Below are positions 34,384 through 44,010 of a stretch of DNA of 64,000 nucleotides, in pieces. Below the pieces are notes generated by a model. It was not told the origin of the DNA. It searched no databases and was given only the letters and a program-made list of their open reading frames with translations. The translations under genes and the position numbers were made by a program. Position 1 is the stretch's first letter; each line of letters opens with the position of its first letter. The DNA is taken from positions 124,001 through 188,000 of the IMG/VR virus record IMGVR_UViG_3300008259_005066; one strand, 5' to 3'.

Positions 34384-37242
34384 TTAGACGGTGCTTGCGG
34401 TAGCAACATCGCCTGCGGCAATCTCACCTGTGTTCTTGATACGAACCGGTATGTAGATGAATTCAACTGCTTTCACAGGCTCGATTGCGATGTCAACATA
34501 GAGTTCGTTGCGATCGATACGAGCCGGTGTGTTGTTTGATTCATCACACACAACCAGGTAGTCGTAAACACCACGCTTGGCCACAAGATCGTTCAACAAG
34601 TTAGAGATAGCATTGGATATCTCATCACGAGTGATCTGATCATTGGGTTCAAACACAAAGCTCTTGCCAATGGTTTCAAGGCGTCCACGCAAGAATGCAA
34701 TCAAACGTGCCACATTGATACGATCCAGTGCCGACGGTGTTGCAGCTTCGGTCTTGTTACCGTAGTTGGTTATGCCCGTGCCAGGTATGAACGTGATCGG
34801 GTTGATCTTGTTTTCATACAAGGTATCACGTATGCTTTGACGGATCGCTGTTGAGATAAACTGTCCGGTCTGGGCATTGACATATCCCAACGAAAACGCA
34901 TTGTCAACCACACCGCGGCGTGTGCCGGCAGGTGCCAACCATGGGAACGAAACTTCGTCGCTACGCAGGATAGTGCGCAACATCATATGGCTGGGCGGTT
35001 GCACCACTGTGCCACCAGTCAAATCTGTGGTTTGGCATGATGGATAGAACGTGCCAAGATACGCATCAGCTGTGACCAGTCCATCTTCTCCGTCTAAACC
35101 AGCACCACCAGCATTGGTCGCCCATGCAGTGATAGCGTCGGCTGTGTCAGGCAAGCGCATTGGTGTGTCACCAACTACAAACGCTGTGTTGTTGCGCTCA
35201 TTGTTGAGTGCTATCATATTCACTATCAATTCTGGATAGTTGGGTGTGGCGATCAAATTGAACTGGCGTTGTTCTTCGCGCAGATCTTGATTGCCATCTA
35301 TCGATGATTTCATGGCCTGCACCACCATGTTCCGCACTGCTTTGCGACCCATGTAAGGTGATCCATCGTTTTTCAATCCGCTGGCAGTGACCCATGCATC
35401 AGTGACTGTGCCTGTGAAATCAGGATAGTCAGTGGCATTGAAGTAATCTACCTGGAAGCTCTTGACGTTGAATCCTGAACGACGCAGGTTGAATGCCAAC
35501 ATGCCTGCAGGATACAATGTATACTCAGGTGCATCTGGATCCAGATACGAGCTGGCCAGCAAACTGGTTATGGTTGGAATTGGAGCAGTGATAGGATCTG
35601 TGTCACCGTTGGTAGCCCAACGGAAGTCAGCGAACAGCACACCATTTTCGGTGGTCTGGTCGGTGTTGTCGATCAATACCCATTGATCTGCACCGTCTAC
35701 TGATTGCCAACGCTTGATCACTGGATACAGTTCAAGATCGCTGGTGTCGATCCAGAGATCACCATAGACCAGTGGAGTATCGTCACTTTGCACAGTGGGT
35801 GCTGTGACAGAAATGATTGGTCCAGCGGGATCTGTCTGTGTCAAATTGTAACCGCGCACATCATTGCTGAGTGTGCGATATCCAACCCAGGCATTGCCAC
35901 TATTGATCATGATGTCAACTTGATCTGTGGCAGAATAATACCACAAGCGTCCATCAGCAGGATCTTGGCTAGGTGCCACGTCGCTGGCAGTGTATGTGAA
36001 TGTGGGTGCACCTACCCAGTTAGATAGGATCAACTGATTGCTCACACCTGCTCGCACTCCAGTGACTGATGTATTGATACCTGCATCTGCCACGGGTGTG
36101 CCGGATGTGTCTTCAAGCACGATGCTACCACCTTGGGTGTGCTGTATCTGGATGGCGCCATCTGATGTCACGCCTGCTGTGACTGGAGCACCGGATGGTA
36201 TAGCGGCCAAAAATGCTGTGACAAAATCTGCCGCTGTGGTTCCGCCCAGCGTGGCTGTGACCGCGGTGGTCAGTGTATCACTGTTTTTCACGCTCCAGGA
36301 GATAGTGAACTGTTCGCCGTTGACAAATGTTGGTGATGTGTCGTCACCAATGATGATTGTGTTACCGCTGGCCAGACGCTCAAGGATCTTGATAGTGAAT
36401 GTGAAGTCTTCGTCCACATCATATTGAGCATAGGTCGAACCTGCTGTGATGTTGCGACCACCACCAGCCGGATCTAGAGCCTTGTTTGCGCTCTGATCGT
36501 TGGCATAAAGTGGACAACTCTGTTGCACAAACAGTCCCAATGTGGAATCATATTTCTTCACTGCGAGATCCGCACCTTGGTTTACTGTATTGGTCTTGTT
36601 CCATACCGAACCAGTTGGATGTGGCTCTGTGTCAGTGGTCCTCCAGCGTGGAACTGTGTAGTTTGGACTCTGTTGTAGCACAGGTGCATAGTAGATGCGT
36701 GGTGTGATTCCTAGATCGGTCAACAGAGTTCCTGTGCCGTTGGCTATGTCAAGGATACCGTTGCCATCATCAGTGGATCCATCATTGGATCCGTTGGAAT
36801 CGATGTAGATTTCCAACTTGCCACTGACATTCTTGGCACTGATGCCAGGAACGTTGGCTGCATTGATTGCCGAGGCCATGGCAGTGACCGTGGTTCCAGC
36901 GATAGTAACCAACTGATCATTGAGGTAAATGCTTTGTGCATTGGTCAATGTGGGATTGGTTTGGGTTCCTATCACTGAGGGCCATGAGTTTTTCCAATCA
37001 TCTGACCCCACTAACACCCAGGTATTGGCAGCAACCACTGGATCACTGACAGTGTTACCTGGAGATTTGAAATAGGTATAGTTGTTGGCATTCACGGCTA
37101 CCACAGCATAGTCACCGATGTTACCGATGCTGTCCAAAGGAGCAGTGGTAGTGTCCAATGGATCTATCAAGTCATCTGCTGATGTGATCACTATGGGTGT
37201 CTTGTTGGTAAATGTGTTGCAGTGGCCGATGTATCTAACCAA
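34384..37242 (-). CDS. gp18: tail sheath protein (gp18-like), C-terminal part after frameshift
   Basis: FPWLAPAGTRRG, LYENKINPI, ALDRINVARL, FVFEPND, IDRNEL, IEPVKAVEFIYI. The ORF-track TTG start is probably artefactual. Confidence 0.9.
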   Translation of the reverse strand: MVRYIGHCNTFTNKTPIVITSADDLIDPLDTTTAPLDSIGNIGDYAVVAVNANNYTYFKSPGNTVSDPVVAANTWVLVGSDDWKNSWPSVIGTQTNPTLTNAQSIYLNDQLVTIAGTTVTAMASAINAANVPGISAKNVSGKLEIYIDSNGSNDGSTDDGNGILDIANGTGTLLTDLGITPRIYYAPVLQQSPNYTVPRWRTTDTEPHPTGSVWNKTNTVNQGADLAVKKYDSTLGLFVQQSCPLYANDQSANKALDPAGGGRNITAGSTYAQYDVDEDFTFTIKILERLASGNTIIIGDDTSPTFVNGEQFTISWSVKNSDTLTTAVTATLGGTTAADFVTAFLAAIPSGAPVTAGVTSDGAIQIQHTQGGSIVLEDTSGTPVADAGINTSVTGVRAGVSNQLILSNWVGAPTFTYTASDVAPSQDPADGRLWYYSATDQVDIMINSGNAWVGYRTLSNDVRGYNLTQTDPAGPIISVTAPTVQSDDTPLVYGDLWIDTSDLELYPVIKRWQSVDGADQWVLIDNTDQTTENGVLFADFRWATNGDTDPITAPIPTITSLLASSYLDPDAPEYTLYPAGMLAFNLRRSGFNVKSFQVDYFNATDYPDFTGTVTDAWVTASGLKNDGSPYMGRKAVRNMVVQAMKSSIDGNQDLREEQRQFNLIATPNYPELIVNMIALNNERNNTAFVVGDTPMRLPDTADAITAWATNAGGAGLDGEDGLVTADAYLGTFYPSCQTTDLTGGTVVQPPSHMMLRTILRSDEVSFPWLAPAGTRRGVVDNAFSLGYVNAQTGQFISTAIRQSIRDTLYENKINPITFIPGTGITNYGNKTEAATPSALDRINVARLIAFLRGRLETIGKSFVFEPNDQITRDEISNAISNLLNDLVAKRGVYDYLVVCDESNNTPARIDRNELYVDIAIEPVKAVEFIYIPVRIKNTGEIAAGDVATASTV

Positions 37243-37646
37243 TAGTCACCGTTGTTGGGTGCACCTGTGGGGCGTGTCAAACTGGCTGTGAGTTCGCTCA
37301 AGTCAATGTTGGCACGCTGGACGTATGCACGATTGGAAATGCCTAGAACAGAATAGGCTGCGAGCAGACCGTATTCGTTAAGTTCATAACCATTGATTGG
37401 TGTGCCTGCTGTGGTTTTGTAGAAGAATGGGTTACCAAATGTGTTGACCAAATCTCTTTGGCTAGAGATTAAATAAACTCGATTTGCGTTGACCTCTGTG
37501 GTGCCGGCAGCCACGCCAACACCGCTACCACTGATCTTGTTTTGCGCTGTGGCTATCAAGATAAATGGTACTGAATTTGTAGGAGCTGGTAGATAGTTGG
37601 ATTCATCTATGATCGTAACTTCTACGCCTGGGCTAAGTAGTGCCAT
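37191..37646 (-). CDS. gp18: tail sheath protein (gp18-like), N-terminal part before frameshift
   Basis: MALLSPGVEVTIIDES sheath N-terminus; SD AAGGA; CTAAATA at 37675-37681. Confidence 0.85.
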   Translation of the reverse strand: MALLSPGVEVTIIDESNYLPAPTNSVPFILIATAQNKISGSGVGVAAGTTEVNANRVYLISSQRDLVNTFGNPFFYKTTAGTPINGYELNEYGLLAAYSVLGISNRAYVQRANIDLSELTASLTRPTGAPNNGDYWLDTSATATHLPTRHP

Positions 37647-37743
37647 GTGTCTGTTCCTTTAAAAGTGCTATTGATATTTAGCGGCACACACCAAAACCAC
37701 CATCTAACCTTGCCCTTACCTAAGGTTTTGCTTAAATATCTGC

Positions 37744-38091
37744 ATGTCAAGACCCCTGTGCAAAGCCTGCAACAAACGACCATCTGCCGTGAATTGCTAT
37801 CGTGGCGATAAGATCTACTATCGCAGTCGTTGCGACAACTGCATCAGGAAAGATCGTCGGCAAAAACCAACAGAACCCAGATGGAAACAGGCAGGATACA
37901 AGAAAAAAATGATCTGTGACCGCTGTGGATTCCGCGCCAAAGTCCAGTCTCAGACTCTAGTATATCATGTAGATGGTAATCTCAACAACTCTGAACTGCG
38001 TAATCTCCGTAGCGTGTGCCTTAATTGCACAGCCGAGATCATGAGAGAGGACTTGCCTTGGCGACGCGGAGATCTCGAAGAAGATCGGTGA
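37744..38091 (+). CDS. HNH/zinc-finger protein
   Basis: CKAC, CDNC, CDRC, YHVDGNLNN...VCLNC; TTAAATA 5 nt upstream. Confidence 0.75.
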   Translation: MSRPLCKACNKRPSAVNCYRGDKIYYRSRCDNCIRKDRRQKPTEPRWKQAGYKKKMICDRCGFRAKVQSQTLVYHVDGNLNNSELRNLRSVCLNCTAEIMREDLPWRRGDLEEDR

Positions 38092-38683
38092 TCTGCTGGA
38101 ACAGTTGGTCCATGGTGCCGTTGTTGTCTATCACTGCATCGAATTCCGTGCCCACCCAGGCAGTTTCACTGGCATGTATTCCTATGCTACCTAGCATCTG
38201 AGATGCTCCATTTGTGCCGAGATTGGCCTGTTGGGCCACTGCATACCATTCGGGCTCTGGCCCGCGGACCACACGGATAACTATGCCGCCCTGGGCCCGG
38301 ATAGCACTAATCTCATTAGGGAAACGACAGTCAGAAATCACCACATCATCCTGTGATGTGCGCAGTTTGTTTTCAAGGCTGGCAATCCAGATATCGTCAT
38401 GGAAAGCCCGACGGCACACTTCGGTGCCCCAATACTGTAGCACCCAACGTGGTGTGATCACTTGTCCAAGACGCTTTGACCACCACTCATCCACTTGTTC
38501 ACGCCACTCTCGGGCCTGTTTGGTGCGCCCTTCCAGCATGGTGCGATCCCAGCCAAACACAGCCGCACAGGCATCTTTCAGCGTGTTGGCGAAACTTTCT
38601 CTACGGAATTGATGTATGTTCACAAGATAATCAGCGATGGTATCTTTGCCTGAACCTATGAATCCGCATACTCCTATGATCAT
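38039..38683 (-). CDS. gp1: deoxynucleoside monophosphate kinase (T4 gp1-like)
   Basis: IIGVCGFIGSGKDT, PRWVLQYWGTEVCR, ISDCRFPNE, HASE. Start ATG 38683. Confidence 0.9.
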   Translation of the reverse strand: MIIGVCGFIGSGKDTIADYLVNIHQFRRESFANTLKDACAAVFGWDRTMLEGRTKQAREWREQVDEWWSKRLGQVITPRWVLQYWGTEVCRRAFHDDIWIASLENKLRTSQDDVVISDCRFPNEISAIRAQGGIVIRVVRGPEPEWYAVAQQANLGTNGASQMLGSIGIHASETAWVGTEFDAVIDNNGTMDQLFQQITDLLRDLRVAKASPLS

Positions 38684-39201
38684 ACCAGTTCCTTTACTTT
38701 GAGATATTCCAAACAGTCCCACAATAACCGTATCTGCCTCCGGCAATCTTCCAGGGCATGATGGCTGGCAGGGTATTTTTGTAGATTGGGGACCAAACTA
38801 AACAGAGTGCGGCTGTCTCGCACAGAGAAAAACTTCCAGGGCAGGGCCATGTTTTCACTCTTGTAAGCATGCTCTAGGATGTTCATGTCATAGGTCGGTC
38901 CTTGGGCCCAAACATGCCTAGCGTGCCAGGCCAAGCGATGCAGGCCTTCCAGGGCTTCACGCAAAGGTATGCGATTGTCCTCGCCAAATGCTTCTTCGCG
39001 GATGTCTGCGGGTTGGGTGGCCCACCATTGCAGTGTGCTTTCATCTATGGCGCGGCCTTCTTGGCTTTCCAGCGTGACCCGGGCATAGAATTCTCTACCA
39101 AAAAAGCCACGCTCCAAGGGATTGAACTCCTGGGCCGCTATGGTCAGTATGGTGGTGTCGGGTGTGGTCGCAAGACCCTCTATGTCAATCATTAAATCCA
39201 T
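38680..39201 (-). CDS. DEDDh 3'-5' exonuclease (ExoVIII/RNase T-like)
   Basis: MIDIE, WAQG..YD, RDSRT, HHALED. Confidence 0.85.
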   Translation of the reverse strand: MDLMIDIEGLATTPDTTILTIAAQEFNPLERGFFGREFYARVTLESQEGRAIDESTLQWWATQPADIREEAFGEDNRIPLREALEGLHRLAWHARHVWAQGPTYDMNILEHAYKSENMALPWKFFSVRDSRTLFSLVPNLQKYPASHHALEDCRRQIRLLWDCLEYLKVKELV

Positions 39202-39207
39202 TCAATG

Positions 39208-39216
39208 ATTATAACA
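39208..39216 (-). promoter_or_regulatory. extended -10 promoter
   Basis: TGTTATAAT then 6 nt to ATG 39201. Confidence 0.6.
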
Positions 39217-39244
39217 GAGATTTTGGTTAGATGCTAGAGAGTTG

Positions 39245-40015
39245 TTAGCCAATGACAAAAGTCAGCGGTTGGCTGGCATCCACATAGCGTTTGAGTTCAT
39301 CTATGAGTATGTCCATGGCTTCTTTGGCTTCGGTTTTCATGGCCGCACCATTGAGGCTGGTCCCGCCCTGTGGTCCGGCGATCTGGGCAAACTTTTCACG
39401 TGCTTCGCCGATGATCATTTTGCATGCGGCTACCATATAATCGCGGATCCACTGTTGGATCTGGATATTGGCCAGCAAAGCAATTTCGGGTTTGAGTTGA
39501 TATACCCACAGCAAAAGCACTTCACCTTCACCTTTGGGATCACGCATGAACTGTATCTGCTTGGTGACAGGGTTGTAGGTGTAGTTCATGAAACCACCAA
39601 ACATCCTGGCTGCCAACTCTACATATTGGGTATAGAAATCATAAGTGGCCAACCCACCAGCAGAACTGTAGTTCAACAAATAGGTGTTCAGCGTGGCACT
39701 GGAGAACGGATCAAAACTGGAACTGTATGGGCCTTGTATGTTGCCAATGGTGCGGCGGAACACTTGGCGCACAACTTGAACTTCTTGCGGTAGCGTGTAG
39801 ATGTTGACGTTTTCTATCAACGGCAGGAAGATATAGCATTCTTCGTAGGCATTTTCTGCTCGTTGGCGATAGGTGCCGATGGTTCGTTGATAGGCCGCTT
39901 CATAGTGTGCAGGATCTAACTCAAGATCGATGATCTGATCGCCCAACTGGAGTTGCACATATTCGATGAGGTTTTGCTTTAATGTTTCTAGCGTTGATGC
40001 AGTCTGATCTACCAT
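39245..40015 (-). CDS. gp13: neck protein (T4 gp13-like)
   Basis: QLGDQIIDLELD, IGEAREKF, GGTSLNG; SD GGAG; CTAAATA at 40034-40040. Confidence 0.75.
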   Translation of the reverse strand: MVDQTASTLETLKQNLIEYVQLQLGDQIIDLELDPAHYEAAYQRTIGTYRQRAENAYEECYIFLPLIENVNIYTLPQEVQVVRQVFRRTIGNIQGPYSSSFDPFSSATLNTYLLNYSSAGGLATYDFYTQYVELAARMFGGFMNYTYNPVTKQIQFMRDPKGEGEVLLLWVYQLKPEIALLANIQIQQWIRDYMVAACKMIIGEAREKFAQIAGPQGGTSLNGAAMKTEAKEAMDILIDELKRYVDASQPLTFVIG

Positions 40016-40036
40016 TACAGGCTCCTATACAACTAT

Positions 40037-41209
40037 TTAGCGGAAGAAGTCCTGACAATGGCCCTCACGTGAAATGTCATTGGTCACACAATGAATACCA
40101 CAGTCCCAAAAATATTTGTGTCGGAACGGGACAACATGCACTTCTATACCGTGTCGCGCACAGGCTTTTTCGACTCGATCGTTGTGGGTAGAAACCACGA
40201 TATTTTTGGGATCTACGATCAGGATATTGACATCAAACACAGTTTCTGACACCTGTCCAACCCATTCATCAAAGTAATGATCTACCATGTTTATGAGATT
40301 GTTATCTTGCTCAAATCCCGGCATAAACCACCGTCCTTTGTTGCGTTTCATACTGAACTCAAACTCTCTCATGTGGGCATAATTGCTGGGTGGTAGATAC
40401 ACCACTTCCCATCCTGGAAAAGTATCCGCATAGGTGGGCACATCATTGAGACTGACTATCAAACCTGGTGTAACAGGGCAATACACAGCATCTCCGTGAC
40501 CGCCCGAATTGACCACATGATTTCTCGTGGTCGGAAATAATGCATTAACTTGATCTAATATGGCTTTTTTATCATCATAGTAAGTCTGCGTGGCAAAGTA
40601 TAGATCTTGGCCAATGCGACTCACAAAGCACCCATTGATGAAATCGAGATCAGTGTAAACTATATCTGTGCCACTGCTCTTTATCTCGTTTAAAATATGC
40701 GGATAAAAATCCAATTTGGCGTCAAGATGTTGTTGATCTATTCCACAGAATATTTCAAACTTCTTACGAACATCGTCGGCATACTCAGGCCAAGCATCAT
40801 AGAAATCTTTTGGACGCACATAATCGGGCCACCAATTCATTTTGTTCTGGCGATAAAATACCGACCAGGCATGACTGGCATTTGGCTCTCGCGGTATCCA
40901 GAAACGATCCTGGATCATGATAAAATAATCACGAGGAGCGGTGGGTGGTTGCACCCATTTGCCATCGATATAAAGACTATCGAGATTTTCTGGAAACTGG
41001 GGCCTCACCACCCGGACCCCAAATCGATCTTGCAAGAGTGTAATCAGTCCTTGATAATCTTCTTCAGTTTCTTGTGCAAGATTTTCAAATTTTTCGCGGG
41101 TCTTCGAATCTTTGATCCACTTGTAAAATTCGGGCGGATATGTTCGTCCCACCATGCATACTTTGAGTGGATCCCAGTGTTGGTATACGGAATACATTAG
41201 ATCTTTCAA
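40037..41209 (-). CDS. amidinotransferase (glycine/inosamine-phosphate amidinotransferase family)
   Basis: WDPLK, PRDYF, GGHGD, C-terminal GIHCVT. TTG start (alternative ATG 41197). Confidence 0.8.
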   Translation of the reverse strand: MKDLMYSVYQHWDPLKVCMVGRTYPPEFYKWIKDSKTREKFENLAQETEEDYQGLITLLQDRFGVRVVRPQFPENLDSLYIDGKWVQPPTAPRDYFIMIQDRFWIPREPNASHAWSVFYRQNKMNWWPDYVRPKDFYDAWPEYADDVRKKFEIFCGIDQQHLDAKLDFYPHILNEIKSSGTDIVYTDLDFINGCFVSRIGQDLYFATQTYYDDKKAILDQVNALFPTTRNHVVNSGGHGDAVYCPVTPGLIVSLNDVPTYADTFPGWEVVYLPPSNYAHMREFEFSMKRNKGRWFMPGFEQDNNLINMVDHYFDEWVGQVSETVFDVNILIVDPKNIVVSTHNDRVEKACARHGIEVHVVPFRHKYFWDCGIHCVTNDISREGHCQDFFR

Positions 41210-42357
41210 TAGGTTTTCAAGATAACAAGATTTTCATTTCCGCGACCATTGAACTTGATCTCCGTGGCTTTGATATCTTTGAAGTATTTACGAGCCGCGG
41301 GTTTACCACTTGACAAAAGTGCTTTGAGTTGTTCTGCAGGTTTTCTCAAGGTTTTCTGTTGCGTCAGTGTAGGGTCAAAACCCACGATACTGGACCCTTT
41401 GACGCTCACAGTGCCTGCATGAGTATCTGCTACCACATGCACCAGTTTGCGTTTTTTGGTATCATACAACCATGCTTCTGAAGCACCAACCAATTTGGCC
41501 GGTGATTCGGATGTGAGTTTGAGTTCAGCAAAGTCTTTCAAAAACTTGAACTTGGCACTTTGTTTTTCTGGACTCACGGCTTTTTTGGCACGCGGCTTGC
41601 GCTCGACTTTCTTGATCTGCACATAACTGCCACAGTCGGCAATAACCTGCTCGGCAAACTTTACGAAGTTTTTGATCTGGATTTTGCTCCAGGGGCTGTA
41701 ACCTTCTACCAATTGCGCATCTCGGCCTGCGAGCACTTCCTCAAATTCGCTTAGGCGATTTTTCCAATGATCGGCGATGGTATTCACCATCTGCGGTGCC
41801 ACATTCATACCACGCAGGATGGTGATAGGCTTGAAGTCTGCTGACATTTTGGCGCCGGATACGATGAAGTCGTCAAACATGCCCTCAAGTTCGCCCGCAC
41901 ACTCTGAGACTTTTTCACGCAGGCGATCCTGGATGGTAGGACCTCGGACCAACTCTTTTTCCGCTGTTTTGATTACTTCTTTTATAGCACGAATGCTTTT
42001 TAGATGCGCAACAATGGCATTGTCTACTGTGAGTTCTTCGTGTTCATTAAACTGATACCCCATGAGGTTCATGCGGCACAACCAGCCTACTTGGTTGCCG
42101 ATGGTGCTTTCTGGCACGCGACCAAAGTCTTTGGCATCCCGCTGGCGATCGTTGCGGATCAACCAATCGATCACAAACTCTTTCACGGTTTTTTTGTCAT
42201 AGTGATAGCCATACCAAGTAAAGGCCGCGATCAACTTGCTGTTGCGATTTTCCGTGTCGGGTTGGGTGCGCCATTCGGGTTCGGAACCTGTGTATTTGAG
42301 ATCCGGAGATTTCGGGTGCAGGGCCTTGAGTGGTTTGAGTGCTGTTTGAGTTTTCAT
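41206..42357 (-). CDS. hypothetical protein
   Basis: 383-aa ORF in early operon, basic C-terminal domain. Confidence 0.7.
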   Translation of the reverse strand: MKTQTALKPLKALHPKSPDLKYTGSEPEWRTQPDTENRNSKLIAAFTWYGYHYDKKTVKEFVIDWLIRNDRQRDAKDFGRVPESTIGNQVGWLCRMNLMGYQFNEHEELTVDNAIVAHLKSIRAIKEVIKTAEKELVRGPTIQDRLREKVSECAGELEGMFDDFIVSGAKMSADFKPITILRGMNVAPQMVNTIADHWKNRLSEFEEVLAGRDAQLVEGYSPWSKIQIKNFVKFAEQVIADCGSYVQIKKVERKPRAKKAVSPEKQSAKFKFLKDFAELKLTSESPAKLVGASEAWLYDTKKRKLVHVVADTHAGTVSVKGSSIVGFDPTLTQQKTLRKPAEQLKALLSSGKPAARKYFKDIKATEIKFNGRGNENLVILKTY

Positions 42358-42626
42358 CTTTGCTCCTTGTGCATGAGTTTAGCCATCAATATATGTGCTT
42401 CAAAATTTTTCAATACTTCCTCTGCCCTGACCAGTAGATCATCAAACAAGGAAGATCCACGTCCACGACGACGACAGTTGACCCATTCCGAATCGGCTTG
42501 TGCCAGCAATTCATACACAGCACGGTGCCAGGTATAAAATTCTCTGGTGCCCATACTGGCGCCTATGCTGTTGCGATGTGCTTGATCCAAACGATCATGC
42601 AATTTTTGCCAATCTTCCAGGTCCAT
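42354..42626 (-). CDS. hypothetical protein
   Basis: Start ATG 42626 (MDLEDW), 5 nt after TAAAAT. Confidence 0.65.
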   Translation of the reverse strand: MDLEDWQKLHDRLDQAHRNSIGASMGTREFYTWHRAVYELLAQADSEWVNCRRRGRGSSLFDDLLVRAEEVLKNFEAHILMAKLMHKEQR

Positions 42627-42631
42627 TGTGT

Positions 42632-42660
42632 ATTTTAGCACTTTCGGAAAATCTGGTCAA
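42632..42660 (-). promoter_or_regulatory. sigma70-type early promoter
   Basis: TTGACC-N17-TAAAAT, same layout as 3750-3778. Confidence 0.8.
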
Positions 42661-42667
42661 CCTACCC

Positions 42668-42674
42668 ATAAATA
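42668..42674 (+). promoter_or_regulatory. late-type promoter motif ATAAATA
   Basis: 7 nt before ATG 42682. Confidence 0.7.
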
Positions 42675-42681
42675 CAGCACT

Positions 42682-44010
42682 ATGCCCAGATTAAGCCTTT
42701 ATCGCCCCAACAGGCAAAACGATTACAAGTTTTTGGACCAAACCATAGCCGAAATGTATCAGGTTGGCGGCTTGGACATCTTTGTCCACAAGTATCTGGG
42801 CCCGCAACCACATGGCGACGATAGCAGTAGCCAAACTGGTGGCACACAAGATGCCACACAACCAGCCTACAGCTATACCAATCCCTTGTTCGTGGAAGAT
42901 CTGTTGCTGATAGAAAATCGCGACAGAAAATACGATCAAGACATCTATATCATGCGCGGTGTTTACAATCAGCAGGATATCGACTTTGATCTCAGCCAGT
43001 TTGGCCTGTTCTTGAACAATGACACCCTGTTCATCACTTTCCATTATAACGTGATGATCGATACCATGGGTCGCAAACTGATGTCGGGTGACGTGCTAGA
43101 ATTTCCCAATCTCCGCGATTACAACCCACTGAACACAGCACTACCAAAAGCCCTGCCTCGCTACTATGTGATCCAGGATGCGGCATTTGCTTCAGAAGGT
43201 TTCAGCCAAACCTGGTTGCCGCACCTGTGGCGAGTGAAAGCCACGCCCTTGGTTGGTGCGCAAGAATACAACGACATACTGAACAAACCTTTTGCTCAAG
43301 ACAATATCTGGGATCCGGGCAACTACTATCCGTCAGGAAGCATAGTGCTCTACGGCGACACCTATTACCGTGCCATACAGAACACTCCGACCAGCACTGA
43401 AATAACCAACACTACCTACTGGCAAGTCTACACTCCCGAAACCATCCAGGAGTCGATCGGCACACGCAAGAAAGATTACGAACTCAACGACGCCATACTC
43501 ACACAGGCCGAATACGAAGTTCCGTTGTCAGGCTACGACACAGTTAAGTTTTACATCGTGCCCACCAACCCAGATGGCACGCCTGCTGATCCTGCTTCCA
43601 TCCCCACTGCCGATTACACAGTGGTCACTGTGGATACCACGCTGACCAATGTCAGCGATGGCAATGTGAGTCCTACTGGTGACGGCTACACATCAGGTTA
43701 TTTGACCGGTGATGGTATCGCACCCAATGGCCTGCCTGTGACACCGGGTATAGCGTTCCCATTGAATCCCAGCCAAGGCGATTATGCCTTGCGCCTGGAC
43801 TACTTTCCCAATCGCTTGTTCCGATTCAACGGTGCTCGTTGGGTCAAGATCGAAGACAATGTGCGCACCAATCTCACTCCGGGTCCAGACAACAAGACCA
43901 TGCGGTCGGGCTTCGTCAACAACACCAACACAACACAGACTGCCGATCGTGGACCCATACCACAGCGTCAAGGACTGTCCAATATTCTCAAACCCGAGGC
44001 GGATAACTGA
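42682..44010 (+). CDS. gp14: neck protein (T4 gp14-like) with insertion
   Basis: MPRLSLY, EDLLLIENRDRKY, DVLEFP, PHLWRVK; directly upstream of gp15-like gene. Confidence 0.6.
   Translation: MPRLSLYRPNRQNDYKFLDQTIAEMYQVGGLDIFVHKYLGPQPHGDDSSSQTGGTQDATQPAYSYTNPLFVEDLLLIENRDRKYDQDIYIMRGVYNQQDIDFDLSQFGLFLNNDTLFITFHYNVMIDTMGRKLMSGDVLEFPNLRDYNPLNTALPKALPRYYVIQDAAFASEGFSQTWLPHLWRVKATPLVGAQEYNDILNKPFAQDNIWDPGNYYPSGSIVLYGDTYYRAIQNTPTSTEITNTTYWQVYTPETIQESIGTRKKDYELNDAILTQAEYEVPLSGYDTVKFYIVPTNPDGTPADPASIPTADYTVVTVDTTLTNVSDGNVSPTGDGYTSGYLTGDGIAPNGLPVTPGIAFPLNPSQGDYALRLDYFPNRLFRFNGARWVKIEDNVRTNLTPGPDNKTMRSGFVNNTNTTQTADRGPIPQRQGLSNILKPEADN

Noticed and set aside
37191-37242. Programmed -1 frameshift in the sheath gene
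   Set aside because: No slippery heptamer or obvious stimulatory structure, and residues appear to be missing. Kept only as a probable deletion or assembly error.
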